From: an uncultured Actinomycetota bacterium
GTDB lineage: Bacteria > Actinomycetota > UBA4738 > HRBIN12
Assembly: GCA_963762745.1 (NCBI GenBank)
Contig: CAVXMB010000002.1
Location: 291,043-355,042 of the forward strand
Direction of reading: 5' to 3'
DNA length: 64,000 nt
This document shows, in pieces, positions 17,478 through 26,175 of the stretch. Made by a program: the position numbers and the translations under genes. Every line of letters starts with the position of its first letter. Position 1 is the first letter of the stretch. The notes beneath the pieces are model-generated. The model made no database searches, was not told where the DNA came from, and was given only the letters and a program-made list of their open reading frames with translations.

Positions 17478-18593
17478 ATGGACATCGACGAACTGCTGAG
17501 GTACACGGTCGAGCGGGGTGCGAGCGATCTCCACCTGAAGGCGGGGAACGTGCCCTTCGTTCGCGTGGACGGCGAGCTCTCGCCCGCCGACCTCGGCTAT
17601 CTCTCCGCGGCCGACACGGACCGCTTCGCCCACGCGCTGATGACCGAGCACAAGAAGCAGGAGTTCGTTCGGACGAACGAGGCCGACCTCGGCTACACGC
17701 TCTCCGGCGTCGGTCGGTTCCGTGTGAACGTCTTCCGCCAGCGAGGCGTGATCGGGCTCGCGATCCGCCGCGTGCGCGCCGAGGTGCCTTCCTTCGAGGA
17801 GCTCCGGCTCCCGGCGGTGATGGCCACGCTGGCGAGCTCGCCTCGCGGCCTGATCCTGATCACCGGTCCCACGGGGACCGGGAAGACCACGACGATCGCC
17901 TCCATGATCGGCCACATCAACCGCACCCGCCGGACGCACATCGTGACGGTCGAAGACCCGATCGAGGTGGTCCACGACGACCAGCTCTCCATCATCGAGC
18001 AGCGTGAGATCGGGATCGACACCGAGTCGTACGCGACCGCGCTCCGCCACGTGATCCGCCAGGACCCGGATGTGATCTTCATCGGAGAGATCCGGGACGC
18101 CGACTCGGCGCTCGCCGCGATCCAGGCGGCGGAGACGGGCCACCTCGTCATCTCGACCCTGCACACGATCGACGCGATGGAGACGATCAACCGGGTGCTC
18201 GACCTGTTCCCGCCCCAGCAGCAGCGTGAGATGCGCTCGTCGTTCGCGGGCGCGCTTCGAGGCATCGTCTCCCAGCGGCTCGTGACCAAGGCCGACGGCA
18301 AGGGCCGCGTCCCGGTGGTCGAGGTCCTCGTGAACACCGGACGCGTGTTCGATCGGATCGTGGATCCGGAGCAGACCGCCGGCATCCTCGAAGTGATCGC
18401 CGGTGGCGACTTCTACGGGATGCAGACGTTCGACCAGGCGCTGGTGACCCTGGTGAAGGAGGGCGTCGTCTCTCCGGACGAAGCACGCCGGACCGCCACC
18501 AACCCTCACGACTTCGATCTCGCGCTGCACGGGACGCTCGAGCGGCGCTCCGCGTTCGACGAAGCCGCCGTCGGCGACAGCCTCCCCTACTAG
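17478..18593 (+). CDS. pilT: Type IV pilus retraction ATPase PilT family
   Basis: Walker A GPTGTGKTT, Asp box, Walker B DPDVIFIGEIRD and His box TGHLVISTLHT. Confidence 0.9.
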   Translation: MDIDELLRYTVERGASDLHLKAGNVPFVRVDGELSPADLGYLSAADTDRFAHALMTEHKKQEFVRTNEADLGYTLSGVGRFRVNVFRQRGVIGLAIRRVRAEVPSFEELRLPAVMATLASSPRGLILITGPTGTGKTTTIASMIGHINRTRRTHIVTVEDPIEVVHDDQLSIIEQREIGIDTESYATALRHVIRQDPDVIFIGEIRDADSALAAIQAAETGHLVISTLHTIDAMETINRVLDLFPPQQQREMRSSFAGALRGIVSQRLVTKADGKGRVPVVEVLVNTGRVFDRIVDPEQTAGILEVIAGGDFYGMQTFDQALVTLVKEGVVSPDEARRTATNPHDFDLALHGTLERRSAFDEAAVGDSLPY

Positions 18594-18961
18594 TTCTCGC
18601 CCGGGACGTTCGCCTCCGCGCGGATCGCCGCTCGCTCCATGGGATGCCGCCGGTAGCCGAACGGGATCGCGAGCGCGAAGTACACCGGGATGAACAGGGG
18701 CCCCCACACCATGTATTGATGGACGTGGTGCCGCTCGTGCGCGAGCAGCCGGCCCTCGAGCGGTCTCGACGAGAGCACCACGAAGCCGATCGTCATCGCG
18801 GACCGTCCCAGGCGAGGCATCAGTCGGGTCAGACCGCGCGGATGCTGATCGAACAGGACCAGTCCACTCCGGAGCCGCGGTGCCTGGAACGTGAAGATGC
18901 CGAGGAGCAGGCCGATCAGCGTGTTCGGCAACGTCCACACGAACCCCAGCCAGACGGGCAC
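18590..18961 (-). CDS. Small membrane protein carrying an HExxH motif (HERHH)
   Basis: Only the last ~123 codons of ORF 18590..19642 look coding: hydrophobic WLGFVWTLPNTLIGLLLGIF, then LAHERHHVHQYMVWGPLFIPVYFALAIPF. The GTG 18961 start is tentative. Confidence 0.45.
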   Translation of the reverse strand: MPVWLGFVWTLPNTLIGLLLGIFTFQAPRLRSGLVLFDQHPRGLTRLMPRLGRSAMTIGFVVLSSRPLEGRLLAHERHHVHQYMVWGPLFIPVYFALAIPFGYRRHPMERAAIRAEANVPGEN

Positions 18962-19016
18962 GGCGGCACCGTATCGCGACGGGTGCGGCGAAGTGCGGGG
19001 GTAAGGTGAGCACGCT

Positions 19017-20387
19017 GTGACCACGATCGAGATCGATCCGCTGTCGAAGGAACTCGGCGACCGATTCCAGGCCGCCGGGCACGAGCTGTACCTCGTGGGT
19101 GGCGTGGTCCGCGACCTCGTGGTGGGTCGGCTGACGCCGGCCACGAACTTCGATTTCGCGACCGACGCCACCCCGGCGGAAACGTCTCGCCTGCTCCGGG
19201 GGTGGGCGGAGGCCCAGTACCTCGTCGGCGTGCGATTCGGGACGGTAGGGGCGCGCCGACACGGCATGCTGCTCGAGATCACGACCTTCCGGGAGGAGCG
19301 GTATCCCGAGGACGAACGGAAGCCGGCGGTCACCTTCGCGAAGGACATCGGCACCGATCTCTCCCGACGCGACTTCACGATCAACGCGATGGCCGTCCGG
19401 CTACCCGACGGCGAGTTCGTCGACCCGTTCGAGGGTGTGAAGGACCTCGCCGCGAAACGACTCGACACGCCGCTCGAGCCCGAGGTCTCGTTCTCGGACG
19501 ACCCGCTGCGGATGCTCCGAGCTGCGCGATTCGTCGCGCAGTTCGGGGTCACCCCCGCGCCGCGCGTGCTCGAGGCGATCGCGCGGATGCGCGATCGCCT
19601 CGGGATCGTCTCAGCGGAGCGGATCCGCGAGGAGCTGGACAAGCTGCTCGTGGCGGAGTCGCCGGGAGCCGGACTCGCTTTGCTGGTCGAGACGGGACTG
19701 GCCGAGGAGTTCCTGCCCGAGCTGCCCGCATTGCAGCTCGAGCAGGATCCGGTGCACCGTCACAAGGACGTCCTGCGTCACACGTTCGCGGTCGTCGAAC
19801 GCCTGGAGCCCGATGCGGTGCTTCGCCTCGCCGGACTGCTCCACGACATCGGCAAGCCGTCGACGCGGGAGATCACACCCGACGGGGTCTCGTTCCATCA
19901 CCACGAGGTGGTCGGCGCCCGTATGGCGGAGCACCGCCTGCGGGAGCTCCGCTACCCGAACTCCGTGGTGGAGGACGTACGCAAGCTCGTCGAGCTGCAC
20001 CTGCGGTTCCATGGCTTCGGCGACGGTTGGACCGATGCCGCGGTGCGCCGGTACGTGCGCGACGCCGGACCGCTGCTCGACAAGCTGAACCTGCTGACCC
20101 GGGCGGACTGCACGACCCGGGACCCGAAGCGCGCCGAGCGGTTCGCGCGCCTGCAGGACGAGCTGGAGGAGCGGATCGCGCGTCTCGCAGAGCAGGAGAA
20201 CCTCGAGGCGATGCGCCCATCCCTCGACGGTCGTCAGGTGATGGAGCGGCTCGGCCTCGAGCCCGGACCGATCGTGGGCGAGGTGATGGCGTTCCTGATG
20301 GAGGTCCGGATGGAGCGCGGCGAGATCCCCGAGGACGAGGCGTACGGGCTGCTGGATACCTGGGCGAAGGAGCGGGGGATCGGCTAG
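19017..20387 (+). CDS. cca: CCA tRNA nucleotidyltransferase / poly(A) polymerase family with an HD domain (PcnA-like)
   Basis: YLVGGVVRDLV, RRDFTINAMA and the HD motif LLHDIGKP. GTG start. Synteny matches Rv3907c. Confidence 0.9.
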   Translation: MTTIEIDPLSKELGDRFQAAGHELYLVGGVVRDLVVGRLTPATNFDFATDATPAETSRLLRGWAEAQYLVGVRFGTVGARRHGMLLEITTFREERYPEDERKPAVTFAKDIGTDLSRRDFTINAMAVRLPDGEFVDPFEGVKDLAAKRLDTPLEPEVSFSDDPLRMLRAARFVAQFGVTPAPRVLEAIARMRDRLGIVSAERIREELDKLLVAESPGAGLALLVETGLAEEFLPELPALQLEQDPVHRHKDVLRHTFAVVERLEPDAVLRLAGLLHDIGKPSTREITPDGVSFHHHEVVGARMAEHRLRELRYPNSVVEDVRKLVELHLRFHGFGDGWTDAAVRRYVRDAGPLLDKLNLLTRADCTTRDPKRAERFARLQDELEERIARLAEQENLEAMRPSLDGRQVMERLGLEPGPIVGEVMAFLMEVRMERGEIPEDEAYGLLDTWAKERGIG

Positions 20388-20773
20388 GTCGCCCGAGCGA
20401 CACGGAGGAGCACGCGCAGCGTCCGGGGATCCCCGCGCCAATGGTCCCTCATCACGTCCGGCCCTGCTCGTCTGACGACGTGCCGAAGCACGAGTGCGGC
20501 CACCACGGCGTCGTCGAGCGGTCCGATCCCGGGCAGGAACTCGGGGATCAGGTCGATCGGCGAGGCGAGCCAGGCGGCGCCGAACAGCAGGAGCGCCTTC
20601 GAAGCGCGCGGCACCCGCTCATCGCCGAGGAGGCCGCGGAACAAGCGCACGATGTTCGGGAGCAACGTGGTCAGCTCGCGAGCGAGCGACTTCCGACCCA
20701 GCAGCACCAGGACGACGATCGCGACCAACCAGATGGCCAACAGGGACACGACCGCGATCAGGAACCAACGCAT
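20384..20773 (-). CDS. DUF1232 (YkvA) family membrane protein
   Basis: LASPIDLIPEFLPGIGPLDDAVV signature. Confidence 0.75.
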   Translation of the reverse strand: MRWFLIAVVSLLAIWLVAIVVLVLLGRKSLARELTTLLPNIVRLFRGLLGDERVPRASKALLLFGAAWLASPIDLIPEFLPGIGPLDDAVVAALVLRHVVRRAGPDVMRDHWRGDPRTLRVLLRVARAT

Positions 20774-20783
20774 CGGTCGCTCG

Positions 20784-21437
20784 CTAGAGACCGTTCATGC
20801 GCTCGATGGGCCAGATGATGATCACGGCTTTGCCGATGACGCGGTTGATCGGCACGAAGCCGAGGCTGTAGCGCGAGTCGAGCGAGTTGGCGCGGTTGTC
20901 ACCCATCACGAACAACTTGCCGTCGGGGACCCTCGTCTTGGGGAACTGGGCGGTCCGCTGCTCGAGATAGGGCTCGGAGATCTGGAGGCCGTTCACGAAC
21001 ACATGGCCGCGTTTGGCGTAGACGACGTCGCCCGGCTCCCCGATCACGCGCTTGATGTAGTCGGGGTTGTCCGGGGGCGTGAAGCCGAGCCCTTGCCCGA
21101 GCCAGTGCGTGAGCCCGCCCCAGATGCCCCGATCAGGTGCCTTCGCCGGGTCGGGCTCCTCGAACACGATGATGTCGCCGCGCGTCGGGTCGTGGAAGAA
21201 ATACGGGACCTTCGCCACGATCACGCGGTCGCCGGGCACGAGCGTCGGCTCCATCGATCCGGTCGGGATCCAGAACGCCTGAACGAGGAGGCTCTTGATC
21301 AGCAACGCCAAGGCGAACGCCATCAGGATCAGCCCGGGCAGCTCCCCGAGGAACGTGAGGACCGGGTGACGTTTCTTCTTCGGCCGGCTGGAGGCTTCAT
21401 CGTCCGTGTCGTGGGCACGGCGCTCGTCGGTTCTCAC
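20784..21437 (-). CDS. lepB: Signal peptidase I
   Basis: IPTGSMEPTL (Ser nucleophile), KRVIGEPGD (Lys) and GDNRANSLDSRY boxes. GTG 21437 lies in a GTGA overlap with the upstream stop. Confidence 0.9.
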   Translation of the reverse strand: MRTDERRAHDTDDEASSRPKKKRHPVLTFLGELPGLILMAFALALLIKSLLVQAFWIPTGSMEPTLVPGDRVIVAKVPYFFHDPTRGDIIVFEEPDPAKAPDRGIWGGLTHWLGQGLGFTPPDNPDYIKRVIGEPGDVVYAKRGHVFVNGLQISEPYLEQRTAQFPKTRVPDGKLFVMGDNRANSLDSRYSLGFVPINRVIGKAVIIIWPIERMNGL

Positions 21438-22639
21438 CTCTTCAGGGTACCGGTGCGCACACGGAGCAAGCGAGACGCTCGCAGCCCGTGAACGACGAAG
21501 AGGGCGAGACCGGCCGTGATCGCGAGGTTGCCGAACCACGCGCCAAGCCCGCCGGCGGCGATCGCGAGGATCAGGTCGACGCCTCGGAGGTCTGCCACGA
21601 GACATGCGTGTCGGAGCCCCGCATACGCGAGGAAGGCGGCGAGTCCCCACACCGGGAGCAAGCCAAGGATCACTGGCACCTGAGTGGCGAAGAACAGTCC
21701 GAGGAGAAGGAGCGAACCACCCAGCAGCAGGTTCATCCCTGCGGTGCGGGCTCCGAGGCGAACGTGAGCCGTCAGTCCTCCGGCGCCGTGGCACATCGGC
21801 ATGCCGCCCAGCACACCCGACACGGCGTTGCCGATCCCGCCCGACAGGCACACGCGCGACGGCGACACGCGGGACGCGGCAGGTCCAAGGTACTCATGTG
21901 CGAGGTCGTTCACCGCGACCACGGCGTTGCCGAAGGTGAGCGGAAGCTGCGGCACGACGAGGAGGAAGAACGCCGTCGCGAACGCGCCGACAGCCGGGAT
22001 GTGGAGATCCGGCAGGGTGAAGGACGGGCCGCCGACATGGGGGTTCACGGCGGTCACCGCGGCTACCGCACCAGCCGTGAGCACGCCGAGCGCGACCCAA
22101 TAGTGGCGCGTGCGAGCGGCGACCATCACCCCGGTGAACGCGGCGATCATGAGGATCCATGGCCATGGGGCGCTCGGCGTCCCGGCGAAAACCGCGGGCG
22201 GATCGAGGACCAACTTGACCGAGGTGATCACGAGCAGGACGCCCACGCCCAGCTGGAGCGAACGAACGACGGGTTTCGTGAACACCCGGGCAACGATGTC
22301 GGCCACGTGGCGGACCGACAGCAGGAGGAGTACCGCGGCGATCTCGAGACCGGCGGCGTGGATCACGTCGGGCGAGAGCTGCTGCGCGACCGCGACGGCG
22401 GTCAGGGCCTTCAGCGGCTGCACGGGGAACGGGATGCGGAACACCATCCCGCTCGCCAGGATGAGGAGCCCGGCGCACACGAGCACCGCGCTCGCATCGA
22501 GTCCGTTCACGATGATCAACGCCGTGGCGAGCGGCACCAAGACGCCCAGGTCGGCGACAGCGCCGGTCGCCTCGCCCGAACCGATCCGGAACGGAGCCTG
22601 GCGCTCGGCGACCGTCTCCGTCTTGGTCGCGGTCCTCAC
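21434..22639 (-). CDS. MOT1-like putative molybdate/sulfate transporter
   Basis: GAVADLGVLVPLATALIIVNGLD and FPVQPLKALTAVAV match the MOT1-family signature as I remember it. About 10 TM helices. Confidence 0.65.
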   Translation of the reverse strand: MRTATKTETVAERQAPFRIGSGEATGAVADLGVLVPLATALIIVNGLDASAVLVCAGLLILASGMVFRIPFPVQPLKALTAVAVAQQLSPDVIHAAGLEIAAVLLLLSVRHVADIVARVFTKPVVRSLQLGVGVLLVITSVKLVLDPPAVFAGTPSAPWPWILMIAAFTGVMVAARTRHYWVALGVLTAGAVAAVTAVNPHVGGPSFTLPDLHIPAVGAFATAFFLLVVPQLPLTFGNAVVAVNDLAHEYLGPAASRVSPSRVCLSGGIGNAVSGVLGGMPMCHGAGGLTAHVRLGARTAGMNLLLGGSLLLLGLFFATQVPVILGLLPVWGLAAFLAYAGLRHACLVADLRGVDLILAIAAGGLGAWFGNLAITAGLALFVVHGLRASRLLRVRTGTLKR

Positions 22640-23022
22640 CGGGGCATCTCGACCATCACGCTCGTCGCTTTCACGGTCGCCACGGCCTCCATCCCCGGCT
22701 CGAGCCCGAGCTCGTCCGCGGCCTCACGAGTGATCAGGGAGACGATCCGGTGCGGACCGGCTTGGATCTCGACGAGGGCTGAGACCTTGTCCCGCGTGAC
22801 CTTCGTTACCACGCCGGCGAACGCGTTTCGGCGGCTCACGCCCCCTTTCGCTCGCTCGGCCCGTCGCTCTGCGAGGAGCCGAGCCACCTCGCCCGCGGGG
22901 ACCAGTCGCTGACCACCCGGCGTGCGAACTGTCTTGAGGTTCCCGTCACGCTCCCAGCGCCGAAGGGTCTCCACCCGCACGCCGATGGCCTCTGCTGCCT
23001 GCCCGATCCGGTAGTCCGCCAT
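22636..23022 (-). CDS. MerR-family HTH fused to a TOBE (molybdopterin-binding Mop-like) domain regulator
   Basis: N-terminal IGQAAEAIGVRVETLRRWERDG. C-terminal NAFAGVVTKVTRDKVSALVEIQAGPHRIVSLITREAADELGLEPGMEAVATVKATSVMV. Confidence 0.8.
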   Translation of the reverse strand: MADYRIGQAAEAIGVRVETLRRWERDGNLKTVRTPGGQRLVPAGEVARLLAERRAERAKGGVSRRNAFAGVVTKVTRDKVSALVEIQAGPHRIVSLITREAADELGLEPGMEAVATVKATSVMVEMPR

Positions 23023-23081
23023 GCGGGGCGAGTGTATAGGTTCGCCCGCCTACACCGCCAGAGAGAGCGGGGATTATGCAC

Positions 23082-23110
23082 TTGACGCACGGTAGCGGAC
23101 AGGCTAGAGT
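23082..23110 (+). promoter_or_regulatory. Sigma-70-type promoter: TTGACG, 17-bp spacer, TAGAGT
   Basis: TTGACG 23082-23087, exactly 17 nt of spacer, then TAGAGT 23105-23110. It points toward the IS1595 transposase. Confidence 0.4.
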
Positions 23111-23129
23111 CCTGGTCATGGACTCACTT

Positions 23130-23264
23130 CTACCTCTTGACCTGCGGTTTCGTCGGCTCCTCGGCCACCTTCTTGGCCTTGTCCCGGACCGGTTTTGGAA
23201 AGAGCCGTTCCATCGCTTCCTCAGTGGTCCACTCCTTCGGGTCCTTCTTCTTCGGTCTCGGCAT
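23130..23264 (-). CDS. Possible 44-aa Lys-rich small protein
   Basis: MPRPKKKDPKEWTTEEAMERLFPKPVRDKAKKVAEEPTKPQVKR. ATG 23264 has a GGAGA SD 5 nt upstream. Too short for the ORF track and I recognise no homology. Confidence 0.3.
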   Translation of the reverse strand: MPRPKKKDPKEWTTEEAMERLFPKPVRDKAKKVAEEPTKPQVKR

Positions 23265-23279
23265 GGAGGTCTCCTAACG

Positions 23280-24062
23280 ATGGTCGCTACCAACACCAGC
23301 AAGGCTCATAACGCCAAGGTCAATGGCGGGCGGCATGAGATGAACTTGGTCAAGCTGATCGAGCGGTTCGGGTCCGAGGATCGGTGTCGGGACTACCTCG
23401 AAACGCTTCGCTGGCCCGAGGGTGTCACCTGTCCCGAGTGCGGCGGTACTTCCATCTCCCGGATCAAGACGCGGAACCAATACGACTGCAACGCCTGCCG
23501 CAACCGCTTCTCCGTCAAGTCGGGAACGGCGTTGCACGACTCGCACCTGCCGCTCTGGAAGTGGTTCCTCGCTACCTACATGATGATCGAGTCCCGCAAG
23601 GGCATCAGCGCCAACCAGCTCAAGCGAACCCTCGGGATCACCTACAAGACGGCGTGGTTCCTCTGTCACCGAATCCGCTGGGCCATGGGCGACCAGCCGC
23701 CCGAGCAGCTTGAGGGCATCGTGGAGATCGATGAAACCTTCCTCGGCGGGAAGACCAGCTGGGCCGCTGGGATGCGCGAGAAGACCATGGTGCTCGGCGC
23801 TATCGAGCGCGATGGGCGCGTCGTCTTCCAGGTCTCCGACAACCCCACTCCGAAGCGGCATGAACTCCACCAGTTCGTCAAGCAGGTTGTCGCCGACGAC
23901 GCCGAAGCGATCTACACGGACGGTCTCCAGAGCTACGAGGGCATCGCTACCGAAACACGCCGCCACGAAACCGTCAGCCACTCCAAAGATGAATGGGTCC
24001 GGGGCGACGTTGGCACTCAGAACATCGAGAACGTGTGGAGCCTCTTGGAGAGAGAGCGGTAG
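23280..24062 (+). mobile_element. IS1595-family transposase gene, C-terminally disrupted (IS remnant)
   Basis: Zn-finger CPECGG...CNACRNRF and a DDE domain (VEIDETFLGGK, IYTDGLQSYEGI, TQNIENVWSLL). It ends about 40 aa short of the usual KRG..GTYH..S.KHL..Y tail, within a GAGAGAGAG run. Local GC is lower. Confidence 0.8.
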
Positions 24063-24326
24063 TTAGTTATTCAAAAAACCATGTACGCGGCAGGTGGCCG
24101 AGTCTACTTCCAGCCCTTCAGCCTTGCGGCTCCGGAGGCACCCTACCCGACTGGCCACACGAGTAGACCCAAGGGCGATGACTCCGCCGACTACCACCTC
24201 TCAGGTGCGTCTGCGACAGCCACCCCGATCCGCGACCGGCCGGCTGTGGTTGTGTCCGAGCGTCCTGTGGCACCATTCGCGGCCATGCCCCTTCCCCCTT
24301 CGACAAGCCCGAAGAGGTAGCTGACC

Positions 24327-25634
24327 GTGCTACGCGCGCTCCGTACCTTCCGGGATCAGGCACCAGAGCTGCAGCCGTGGTCGTTGAAGTTCACGGATGG
24401 GTGGCTCGAACGCCGATTCCAGGACGAATACTTCGAAACGAACCTCCAGTACATTCGGATCGCGACGTTCTTGGGAGCGGTCACGTGGGCGGCGTTCGGC
24501 CCGCTCGCGCCGGTCATCGTGAAGGGTGATGGTGGGTTGTTCCGCGATGGGGTGATCCGCTACGGGCTGGGGGTGCCCATCGGACTCGTGAGCTTCGCTC
24601 TCACCTATCTCCCCAACTATCGACGCATCTGGCAGACCCTCGTCTCCGTGGCGATCCTCCTCAGCGGCGCCGTCTGGGTGATGCACCGCGCAGTGGTCCC
24701 CGCCGACCGTCCGGACTGGGGCTACGCCGGGAACATGGTGATCCTGATCTTCGCGTACATCCTCAGCCGGCTGCAGTTCCGCTACTCGGTGTTGATCGGC
24801 GTGGTGCTGATCGTGATGTACAACGTCGGGTCGTTCTTCATCATCAACGAAGCGACGAACAACGTGATCTTCGGCGACTACTTCCTCCTGCTCACGGCGT
24901 TCATCGGGTCGGTCGGTGCCTACGTCCTTGAGCGGTCGACGCGACTGCTATTCCTGCGCGAACGCGAGCTCGATCGCGAGCGGGGGCGTTCGGAAGGGCT
25001 CCTGCGGAACATCCTGCCCGAGCAGATCGCGGACCGGCTGAAGCAACGCGACCCCGCGACCGAGCACGGGCATATCGCGCAGGCCTACACCGAGGTGACG
25101 GTGGTGTTCGCCGACCTCGTCGAGTTCACGAAGCAATCCGGGCGGACGGATCCGCCCGAGATGGTGGCCGTGCTGGACGAGGTGTTCACGCGGTTCGACG
25201 AGATCGCGGAACGGTGCGGGCTCGAGAAGATCAAGACGATCGGTGATGCGTACATGGCCGTCGCCGGCGTTCCCGAGCCACGCGAGGACGACGTCGAGGT
25301 TGCCGCGCAGATGGCGCTCGCGATGCGGGAGGCGATCGCCCAGGTCCGTTGGCCGAGCGGGGATCCGATGCGCGTGCGGATCGGGATGGCGACGGGGCCA
25401 GCGGTCGCCGGCGTGATCGGTCAGCGCAAGTTCGCCTACGACCTGTGGGGCGACACCGTGAACACGGCGGCGCGCTTGGAGTCGAACGGCGTCCCGAACG
25501 AGATCCAGGTGTCGGAGGCCGTGTATCGGCGGCTGGGCGATCGCTATCGATTCTCCGATGTGCACGTCGTGAACCTGAAGGGCAAGGGTCCGACGGCAGC
25601 GCGGTTCCTCCTCGGGAAGAACGGCACGGCGTAA
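24327..25634 (+). CDS. Membrane-bound class III adenylate/guanylate cyclase (6 TM plus cyclase domain)
   Basis: VTVVFADLVEFT, KTIGDAYMAVAG, DLWGDTVNTAARLES. GTG start. Confidence 0.9.
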   Translation: MLRALRTFRDQAPELQPWSLKFTDGWLERRFQDEYFETNLQYIRIATFLGAVTWAAFGPLAPVIVKGDGGLFRDGVIRYGLGVPIGLVSFALTYLPNYRRIWQTLVSVAILLSGAVWVMHRAVVPADRPDWGYAGNMVILIFAYILSRLQFRYSVLIGVVLIVMYNVGSFFIINEATNNVIFGDYFLLLTAFIGSVGAYVLERSTRLLFLRERELDRERGRSEGLLRNILPEQIADRLKQRDPATEHGHIAQAYTEVTVVFADLVEFTKQSGRTDPPEMVAVLDEVFTRFDEIAERCGLEKIKTIGDAYMAVAGVPEPREDDVEVAAQMALAMREAIAQVRWPSGDPMRVRIGMATGPAVAGVIGQRKFAYDLWGDTVNTAARLESNGVPNEIQVSEAVYRRLGDRYRFSDVHVVNLKGKGPTAARFLLGKNGTA

Positions 25635-25668
25635 ACGTTCCGGTCCCCGCAGCCCTCTATCGTCCGAG

Positions 25669-26175
25669 GTGCAGGCGATCGCGGAGGTCTCGCTGACCGA
25701 GGAGCGCACCACCGAGGCTCATGACTTCGATGCGCTGTTCCGGGAGGCAGGCCCCGGGGTCTTCCGCACGTTGTACGCCTACACCGGCGGCCGAAGAGAT
25801 ATCGCGGAGGAGTCGATGGCGGAGGCATTCGCGCGAGCGTTGGCGAGATCGGGAACGATCCGAGATCCGATCGCATGGATCTATCGAACGGCGTTCCGGC
25901 TCGCGAACGACGAGCTCAGGGCCGAACGCAGGCAGGGTCCGGCGCCCACCGACGTGGAGGCGCCGCCGTCCGAGCTCAGCGGTCTGATCGATGCGCTCCG
26001 TCACCTCTCGCCCAACCAGCGCGCAGCGATCGTTCTCCGACACGTGCTGGACCTCGATGTCTCGGAGGTGGCTCGGAGGATGGGAACGGCGGCGCCGACG
26101 GTGCGTGTCCACGTCCATCGAGGACGGAAACGGCTCCGTGAGCTGCTCGGCGCCGAGGAGGTCGACGATGCCTGA
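25669..26175 (+). CDS. ECF RNA polymerase sigma factor
   Basis: Region 2 (DIAEESMAEAFARAL..DPIAWIYRTAFRLANDELR) and region 4 (LSPNQRAAIVLRHVLDLDVSEVARRMGTAAPTVRVHVHRGRKRL). Confidence 0.85.
   Translation: MQAIAEVSLTEERTTEAHDFDALFREAGPGVFRTLYAYTGGRRDIAEESMAEAFARALARSGTIRDPIAWIYRTAFRLANDELRAERRQGPAPTDVEAPPSELSGLIDALRHLSPNQRAAIVLRHVLDLDVSEVARRMGTAAPTVRVHVHRGRKRLRELLGAEEVDDA

Noticed and set aside
24088-24105. GCGGCAGGTGGCCGAGTC resembles the acceptor/D-arm of a class II tRNA (Ser/Leu), which could mark a tRNA fragment at an integration site.
   Set aside because: The similarity ends after GAGT. No anticodon arm, T-loop (GGTTCGAATCC) or acceptor 3' half follows. The only pairing partner is a 7-bp inverted repeat (24103-24109 with 24162-24168).
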